Shown here: one piece after another, positions 57,414-64,000 of the stretch
Numbering within the stretch: the stretch's first letter is position 1
How the letters are laid out: each line of letters starts with the position of its first letter
IMG/VR virus record: IMGVR_UViG_3300000553_000009
Location: 62,316-126,315 of that record
Origin: a virus
DNA length: 64,000 nt
Direction: 5' to 3' (one strand)
Position numbers and translations under genes: made by a program
Notes under the pieces: model-generated
The model's database searches: none
Told to the model about the DNA's origin: nothing
The model's input: only the letters and a program-made list of their open reading frames with translations

Positions 57414-59228
57414 ATGGCGAATACTATGAATAATCCGAATAATCGGAGTAATTTAAGCAGGGACGGTAAATCGGGCATGTATGATCGCTCATTGACCTCC
57501 TATTTAAAAAATAGATTGCCATATAATTATAGTGTTTTGGATTCCGATGATTCCAAAAATACCAAATATAAGTATTTCCAAAAGGTTGGAATGCGTCGTC
57601 CAGAGGCGATTGCTAAGAATTCCATAACCCTTTCCAATGACTTTAATAATACCGCTTACTCTTCTATTGAAAGAGATAAAAGCTTCGGAGAAGTCATGTA
57701 TGCCGCCGCTTCTGAGGATAAACCTGGAAGAATGCGCGATTACCGCACTATGGCAGCATTCTCAGAGATTAATGATGCTCTGAATGAAATAGCGGATGAA
57801 ACCATAAATGTCGATGATAACGATCAGATAGTTTTACTCAAAATAAAAAATGCAGACTTGGACTCGGATCAAAAGGAAACATTGATGACTGAGTTCGATA
57901 AGTATATCGAACATTTTGATCTACCTAATAATGGATGGAAATATTTTAAGACATTCCTAGTAGAGGGGGAATTATTTTTCGAACAGATAATTCATAAGGA
58001 TTATGTAAATCAGGGTGTTCTTGGAATTGTTAATATTCCTTCCGAAATGATAGATCCCGTATATTCCAATATTCAAAATATGTTGGTAAAAGGATATCTT
58101 TATCAAAAACCTATTTTTGATAAAAACGATCCAAAAAAGATTGAAAAATATGAACCTATTCCCTTCGAGGAAAATCAGGTGGTATATATTAACAATTCGG
58201 AATATAACGAGACAAAAGAATTCATTGTTCCATATATTGAAAATGCCCGTAGAGCGTATAGGCAATTATCGATGATTGAAGATTCCATTGTAATTCATAG
58301 AATGGTCCATGCTCCTCTTCGGTTTGTGTTTAATGTAGATGTGGGACGATTGCCGGTCCCACAAGCGGAAGCATATCTAAGAAAACTTCAATCACAATAT
58401 TGGTCAACTAAAACATTTGATGCGGACCAGGGCGATATCGTAAAGAAATATAGTCCTCAATCCACTTTAGATTCTTATTGGTTCGCTAAGAAACAAGGTC
58501 AAGAGGCAACCTCAGTTCAAGAAATTGGAGGAACTCCGGGTTTAGGGGAACTGGCGGATTTAATGTTTTTTATTAAAAAACTTTATAGATCACTGGGAGT
58601 GCCCACATCGAGATTAGATCCAGAAGATTCATTTCGAGATGGTACAGATATTTTAAGAGAAGAATTAAAGTTTGATACCATGATTATGAGGCAACAAAAG
58701 AAATTTGCTTCTGGTCTTAAAAGAGGATTTATAACTCATTTAAAATTCAGGGAATTATTTGATGAATACGATTTAACTGAACAAAATATTAGTATTACAT
58801 TCAATCCGCCCTCCAATTTTCATGATCTTAGAAATAATCAAAAACTAGAGCTTAAGATTAATTCTTTCAATAATCTTATAAGTACGGGAAAAATTTCTAC
58901 TACATTAGGATTGAAAAAGGTTATGGGATGGCAAGATAAAGAAATTCTTGCAAATCGGGAGTTTCTTCGCAAAGACAGTGCTCTTGAGTGGGAGTTGGCA
59001 CAGATAACATCTCTAGGGCCAGCATGGAAGAAACAATTATTAGATCAAGCTAATGCCGGTGCTCCTCCTGCCGAGGGAGATTTGGGGGGAGGAGCTGGGG
59101 GAGGAGCCGCTATACCCTCATTTGGGGGAGGGCCAGTAGATATAGGAGGGGAAGAAGCTCCAGTTCCCCCGCCCAATGCGGGAAATCCTCCTGTGGCTCC
59201 AGCAGTTCCAGAAGAACCTCCGACTTAA
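57414..59228 (+). CDS. gp20: Portal protein (gp20)
   Basis: YR.MA..SEI.DA..EI, FLVEGE, QLSMIEDSIVIHR..HAP.R.VFNVDVG.LP..QAE.YL, YWFAK, KKLYRSL.VP.SRL. Confidence 0.97.
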   Translation: MANTMNNPNNRSNLSRDGKSGMYDRSLTSYLKNRLPYNYSVLDSDDSKNTKYKYFQKVGMRRPEAIAKNSITLSNDFNNTAYSSIERDKSFGEVMYAAASEDKPGRMRDYRTMAAFSEINDALNEIADETINVDDNDQIVLLKIKNADLDSDQKETLMTEFDKYIEHFDLPNNGWKYFKTFLVEGELFFEQIIHKDYVNQGVLGIVNIPSEMIDPVYSNIQNMLVKGYLYQKPIFDKNDPKKIEKYEPIPFEENQVVYINNSEYNETKEFIVPYIENARRAYRQLSMIEDSIVIHRMVHAPLRFVFNVDVGRLPVPQAEAYLRKLQSQYWSTKTFDADQGDIVKKYSPQSTLDSYWFAKKQGQEATSVQEIGGTPGLGELADLMFFIKKLYRSLGVPTSRLDPEDSFRDGTDILREELKFDTMIMRQQKKFASGLKRGFITHLKFRELFDEYDLTEQNISITFNPPSNFHDLRNNQKLELKINSFNNLISTGKISTTLGLKKVMGWQDKEILANREFLRKDSALEWELAQITSLGPAWKKQLLDQANAGAPPAEGDLGGGAGGGAAIPSFGGGPVDIGGEEAPVPPPNAGNPPVAPAVPEEPPT

Positions 59229-59566
59229 TAATTACTATTAATGGTATGGGCGTATTTCAATGGCTCTAAAGGCTGACACCAAGTCACACAATTAAAAGCG
59301 GAACTATAATAAAAATTAGTGCCATAATTTGCTCCCGTGCTTAAGGTAGGAGAGGAAGAAACACTACAGACCGTGGCATAAAAATTACTTCCATAATTTA
59401 CAGATAATTCAGGATATATGGTAGATTGCCCATATATAATGTAATCATTTGCAGAATTGAAATAGTAATGTGTTCCCGAATTTGCCCAAGTTAAAAGACT
59501 TGCATCGGAAGGAATTCCACACGATTCGGGATAAAAAATGGTTGCACTATTTAAATCATAAGCCAT
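59225..59566 (-). CDS. Ser/Tyr/Asn-rich hypothetical late protein
   Basis: TAAATA-N5-ATG; internal NYG(S/T)NFY repeats. Confidence 0.65.
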   Translation of the reverse strand: MAYDLNSATIFYPESCGIPSDASLLTWANSGTHYYFNSANDYIIYGQSTIYPELSVNYGSNFYATVCSVSSSPTLSTGANYGTNFYYSSAFNCVTWCQPLEPLKYAHTINSNY

Positions 59567-59592
59567 AACTATATTTAATACTAAATAGTTTT

Positions 59593-60273
59593 ATGTCCGA
59601 TCTTTGTCAAGAACTTAAAATATGCACTAAATGTAGGGAGGAGAGAAGCATCAGTGAATTTGTTGCTGATAAACAGAAAAAGGATGGGTTGAGATCTTCT
59701 TGTAAAAGATGTGGCCAAATATCAAATAAAAAATATTATAACGATAATAAAAATTATTTATTAGAACAGCATAAAGTATATAGAGAAACAATAAAATGCA
59801 GTCCTGTAAAAAATGATAAACAAAAAGAATATCATAAAATACATAATAAAAACTATAGAGAACTTCCAAAAACTAAACTTAGACGATCAGAAATTAGTAA
59901 TATTAGAAAAATTGAAAATAGGCCCTATAAAAATACCCTAAAATTATCTAATCCGAAATTGTATAGTCGGATTAGATGTTTATATACTAAAAAATATAGA
60001 TTAAAAAATCCAGATAAAATCACCCAATATAAGATAAAACGAAGAACGGGGGAACTTCGTTCTATTAAATTTCTGTCTCCTGATGATATATTTAAAATGC
60101 GATTGATATATTTAAAAAGAGATTTTATATCAGAATTGACGGGAATAAAACATCACGTAGACCATATACATCCATTAATCCATCCTGATTTTTGTGGATT
60201 ACACGTCCCATGGAACCTACAGATATTAACCGAATCGGAAAACTGTAAAAAGAGTAATAAACTTATTTATTAA
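59593..60273 (+). mobile_element. Free-standing HNH endonuclease with N-terminal Zn finger
   Basis: CTKC...CKRC; HHVDHIHPL...GLHVPWNLQIL...ENCKKSN. Confidence 0.9.
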
Positions 60274-60281
60274 ATATAGGT

Positions 60282-61427
60282 ATGAGTCAACTTTGTTCTT
60301 TAACCCCTATTTCTGCTTTCATGAGCACAAATTTAAGCTCAAGGATACAATGTTATCAAGAATTGGGTCAAAGAGTTCTTAGACTTCTTGGACATCCCAT
60401 GATTAATGTAGAGATTCATCCAGATCAGTTATATGACGCCATTTCCATGGCTTGTGAATTTTTTACCAGATATGCGGGATATACAAAAGAATATTTGATT
60501 TTTGATTCCACTTTATATGAGGCAAATAGAGGAATAAGACTGGATCATTTATTCACAGTGGCAAATACAGGATTTACCTTATCACAAAAGTTAAACGAGA
60601 GTACTATTCCCAATCCAGACTTTACAGTTACTCTTAGAGAAAACGTATATATTTCTTTGTCTGCTTTGGATTATTCTTATTTTTTGGGATCTTCTTCTCT
60701 GTCATGTCAAGTACCACTGGACGGCATTTCTATGTTACAAGTGGTTGACGGAACGACATATGCACAATTAACTGCATATAGTCCAGATTTGATAAATGTA
60801 TTTAAAGTTTCTCCTATAAAACCTTTCACTATTCAATGTGAAACAATTCCCGACGTAACTACATATAATAATGTATTTGATTACGACACTCTAGACTATA
60901 GAAAAGTTATAGAAGTGGTTAATTTTGAAGAAGGAAGTGCTAGTGGAATTACTTCTTTATTTTCTTTGGAGGCTACTATGGCACAACAGACCTTCTATAG
61001 CTATGCCATGGGAAATTTTGGATTTGATCTTCTGTCTTGGCATGCAGTAAAAGACTGGCAAAAAACTAGAGAAAAACTTCTGGCGATTCGTAGAGATATA
61101 TATTTCGACAATAGAACTCAATATCTAAGATTTATACCTCAACCTAAAAGCTCTTCCTCATTTGTTGGAGTATTAGAATGTTATGTGGAACGTCCTTTAA
61201 GAGACATAATAAAAGAAAAATGGGTATTGGAATATGCCGTTGCCCTTAGCAAAATTATGTGGGGTAGGATTTTGACTAAAATAGATGGGGTTCAGCTATT
61301 GGGAGGAGGAACGCTAAATGGTCGAGAAGTTCTATCTGAAGGGGTATCCGATAAGAAAGAATTGGAAGAAATGTTAATAGATGGCGGATATGGTGATGTT
61401 TTGCCCATGGATTTTCTTGTAAATTAA
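60282..61427 (+). CDS. gp13: Neck protein (gp13-like)
   Basis: L..R.LR.LGHP.INVEI...QL.DAI, W.LEYA.AL.K..WG..L.K..GVQL.GG.TLNG. Confidence 0.9.
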   Translation: MSQLCSLTPISAFMSTNLSSRIQCYQELGQRVLRLLGHPMINVEIHPDQLYDAISMACEFFTRYAGYTKEYLIFDSTLYEANRGIRLDHLFTVANTGFTLSQKLNESTIPNPDFTVTLRENVYISLSALDYSYFLGSSSLSCQVPLDGISMLQVVDGTTYAQLTAYSPDLINVFKVSPIKPFTIQCETIPDVTTYNNVFDYDTLDYRKVIEVVNFEEGSASGITSLFSLEATMAQQTFYSYAMGNFGFDLLSWHAVKDWQKTREKLLAIRRDIYFDNRTQYLRFIPQPKSSSSFVGVLECYVERPLRDIIKEKWVLEYAVALSKIMWGRILTKIDGVQLLGGGTLNGREVLSEGVSDKKELEEMLIDGGYGDVLPMDFLVN

Positions 61428-61469
61428 TAATAGTATTGACAATTCTATTTTATTACTAAATAAGGTAGA

Positions 61470-64000
61470 ATGAAACTGTTTAGCTCGTCGGTGAAACCCA
61501 CCTACACTAACTCTCCGCATAATATCTTACAAGTTGAAGCTTTTAACGAAATCTTTTTCGATGTTTTTGAGGTAGAGATAAACAAGAAGAAATATCCAGC
61601 AGAAAAAATTTCCGAATATCAAGGAAATCCTGTGGTATCTATTCCTGTGGTGTTGGAGGGAATAGAAAGTCTGTATCCCTTTATTTTACACAAGGGAAAG
61701 TTTGGGGTATTTTTTAATAAAAATAACAAAGGGTTATCTTCAGATATTTTAAAAGAAGAAGATGATAAGGCAGACACATGGCTAGAAAGTATATTGAATC
61801 CTGTAGTAGTTGATGAATCTAAAATTGAACTGGCGGAGATTTCAAAACGTCATATTCTTAGTCAAATATCGGAAGCAAAATTAAAGGCGACTCAAGAAGT
61901 TAATAATGCATGGAAACAAAAATCCATTCAATTAAAATCTCAAATTAAAGAGGATCAAAAAGTTTTTGAACTGGGATTGAACAAGGCAAGATCTTCTATG
62001 GTAGAAGAATTTCTTAAAATATCAGAAGATATTAAATCGGAATTGTTGGATTGCAATGACTCAAGATTTGAGGAGATCGTCCACACCATCGATAATAAAA
62101 TAGAAGTATTATCTAATTCTTTGAAAGAATCTTTAGATAAGGATTTTAATTCATCTTCTAAATTATTTGATTCTTCAATTAAACAATTGGTTAAGGATTT
62201 ATACTTATCCACTATTGTTCCACAAGTTGACACTGAACTCAAATCAATTGCGCAGGATATTGTAGAGAAAGTCGATTCAATTGACAAAACTTTAAATTCC
62301 AAACTTGAAGACAAAGCAGATATTATTCTATTGGAGGATATTACTTCGGAATTGGATTCCCTACGAGATTCTAATATAGAACTCAATAATACTATTAGTA
62401 AGGGAATTAACAAAGCATTGTCTCGGGTTGGAAATGTTAATACTAAAGTAGATGAGCTAACTATTGCCATTTCTGAAGAATTAGATTCAAAAATATTACA
62501 AGTAGAATCTAATATTAATAAATTTTATACTGAAAAACTTAATTTATTAGAAGAAAAAACTTTTGATATTACAGAGGAGACTAGAAAATATATTATTGAA
62601 TTGGTCCAGGAATCTAGAAATAATTTAATTCAGGAAATTCGTCAACTTAAAAATGAGAAGCCTATTGAATATGTTATAGAATCTACGGGAAAACGAGAAA
62701 TAATAACTGAGGAAAAATTATTAAAGGAGTATGACAAGAAAATTAATACTCGAATAGATAATGAAGTAACTAAGCTTAGAAGATATATCTCAGTATATTC
62801 TGGAGGAGGGTCGGTAGCAATGCAATTTGCAGCGGGTGGAACTATGGGGGGAAATTTAAATATAGTGGGAAATCTTCTAGTAGTCGGGACCATATCAGCG
62901 TCCAGTTATCTAGGATTGCCGTCTTTGTCGGGTGGTGGAACCGGAACTTCTATATTATCCAGTGATAATAATTTTTATGGTATCAATACATTTAACAATA
63001 CCACAAATTTTGAATATCCTGTAAATTTTGATAATAACACTTATTATAATGGAAATACCTACTATACATATGCTGCCCAATTTGATGATATTGCTATTTT
63101 TAATAATGAAACCTATTTCAATAATAATTCCGTAATATTAAATAATGCGCCCGTTATATCCAATAGTTCAGCGGTATTTGGGTCAGTATCAGCATTATCT
63201 TACTTAGGACTACCCGCGCAAGTAGATATTGACAATTTTCTTCCGTTGTCTGGGGGGACACTTACAGGGACAGTAAATATTCCCGCCCTATCTGCAAGTT
63301 CTGCCTTTTTCAATAGTGTGTCATCCAATCAATATTCGGGAATTTCCAAAGGCATGGTGGGGTTATCTCAAGTAGATAACACATCAGATATTAATAAACC
63401 CGTTTCTACCTCTACCCAGAATGCTCTAAATTTAAAATTAGATAGTGTAATCTTTAATAATTTATCAGCCAATTGGCAAAATAGTTATACTACTGTTCAA
63501 TCTAATAGTTCAAATTGGAATTCTGCTTACAGTACCTTATCTTCCAAAGCAAATATTACCACCCTTTCGAGTTATCTACCATTATCGGGAGGAACAATAA
63601 ACGGGGATTTAACAATTGAAGGAGTTGTATATGCCGATAATCTTGCAAATTTGCAAGATATGTCTCAACAATCTTCCAATAATGTTAATATAACAGGAGG
63701 AACTATTCAGGGAGTAACGGGATTAGGGTACGCAGATATTAACGGGCTAGGTGGCATGGCAATACAAACACCATATAATGTTAGTATAACTGGGGGAACT
63801 GCGATCCTCGATTCAATTTCAGCGGCATCATATCAAGGATTACCAACATATAATCTTTCAAAGTATCTTGCAGTATCAGGAGGAAATCTTACAGGTGTCT
63901 TATCATCCAATTCTAATGCAACATTTGTAAATATATCTGCCACTAATTATACCGGGGTCACCCCTACAATGGTTGGATTGGGAAATGTTAATAATATCTC
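61470..64000 (+). CDS. Long fibre protein (acidic coiled-coil N-half, tail-fibre repeats C-half), truncated by the window edge
   Basis: ATG 61470 after TAAATA-N7; frame spot-checked at several points, not codon by codon; LPLSGGT/LAVSGG repeats and GLSQVDNTSDINKPVST fibre motif. Confidence 0.8.
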   Translation, partial: MKLFSSSVKPTYTNSPHNILQVEAFNEIFFDVFEVEINKKKYPAEKISEYQGNPVVSIPVVLEGIESLYPFILHKGKFGVFFNKNNKGLSSDILKEEDDKADTWLESILNPVVVDESKIELAEISKRHILSQISEAKLKATQEVNNAWKQKSIQLKSQIKEDQKVFELGLNKARSSMVEEFLKISEDIKSELLDCNDSRFEEIVHTIDNKIEVLSNSLKESLDKDFNSSSKLFDSSIKQLVKDLYLSTIVPQVDTELKSIAQDIVEKVDSIDKTLNSKLEDKADIILLEDITSELDSLRDSNIELNNTISKGINKALSRVGNVNTKVDELTIAISEELDSKILQVESNINKFYTEKLNLLEEKTFDITEETRKYIIELVQESRNNLIQEIRQLKNEKPIEYVIESTGKREIITEEKLLKEYDKKINTRIDNEVTKLRRYISVYSGGGSVAMQFAAGGTMGGNLNIVGNLLVVGTISASSYLGLPSLSGGGTGTSILSSDNNFYGINTFNNTTNFEYPVNFDNNTYYNGNTYYTYAAQFDDIAIFNNETYFNNNSVILNNAPVISNSSAVFGSVSALSYLGLPAQVDIDNFLPLSGGTLTGTVNIPALSASSAFFNSVSSNQYSGISKGMVGLSQVDNTSDINKPVSTSTQNALNLKLDSVIFNNLSANWQNSYTTVQSNSSNWNSAYSTLSSKANITTLSSYLPLSGGTINGDLTIEGVVYADNLANLQDMSQQSSNNVNITGGTIQGVTGLGYADINGLGGMAIQTPYNVSITGGTAILDSISAASYQGLPTYNLSKYLAVSGGNLTGVLSSNSNATFVNISATNYTGVTPTMVGLGNVNNI

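Noticed and set aside
8444-62893. Numerous antisense or alternate-frame ORFs in the track (e.g. 8444, 13428, 16399, 26611, 29584, 36952, 50486, 54224, 61955, 62642)
   Set aside because: They shadow well-supported genes on the other strand and lack motifs or start signals.
1-64000. Genome-wide stop-codon reassignment (TAG or TGA)
   Set aside because: Long core genes are open in code 11 with no internal TAG/TGA, and many TGA stops form ATGA overlaps; only two isolated in-frame stops were found.
1-64000. tRNA or rRNA genes
   Set aside because: No cloverleaf or T-loop signature recognised by eye and almost no intergenic space; tRNAscan-SE or ARAGORN would be needed to exclude them.

Overview
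AT-rich 64 kb segment of a large T4-like (gp55/TAAATA late-promoter type) bacteriophage genome, read in standard code 11. It carries the replication/recombination core (primase gp61, clamp gp45, SSB gp32, loader gp59, helicase gp41, UvsX, DNA polymerase gp43, gp46/gp47, late sigma gp55, UvsW, UvsY, a gp62-like subunit), auxiliary genes (DHH phosphoesterase, DinG-like helicase, AAA ATPase, PhoH, GroES-like chaperonin, retropepsin-like protease), an ~8.4 kb glycosyltransferase/methyltransferase operon, and the start of the virion module (gp15, portal gp20, gp13, a long fibre gene running off the right edge). Eleven free-standing mobile-type endonuclease genes are present (8 GIY-YIG, 2 Vsr/PD-(D/E)xK-like, 1 HNH). 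Main observations: (1) uvsX is fractured at its Walker A motif by an atypically split intein (21-aa IntN; 174-aa IntC with an HTH-like prefix) with an endonuclease gene between the halves; (2) at least three endonucleases appear to have inserted into gene termini and to carry a recoded replacement terminus, leaving the old terminus as an orphan; (3) two tandem ribbon-helix-helix + GIY-YIG cassettes with candidate operator repeats; (4) a fixed TAAATA-N5-ATG architecture at 20 gene starts, implying leaderless late mRNAs; (5) single in-frame stops in two methyltransferase genes. All family assignments come from motif recognition by eye; no database search was run. No tRNA, rRNA or CRISPR array was recognised.
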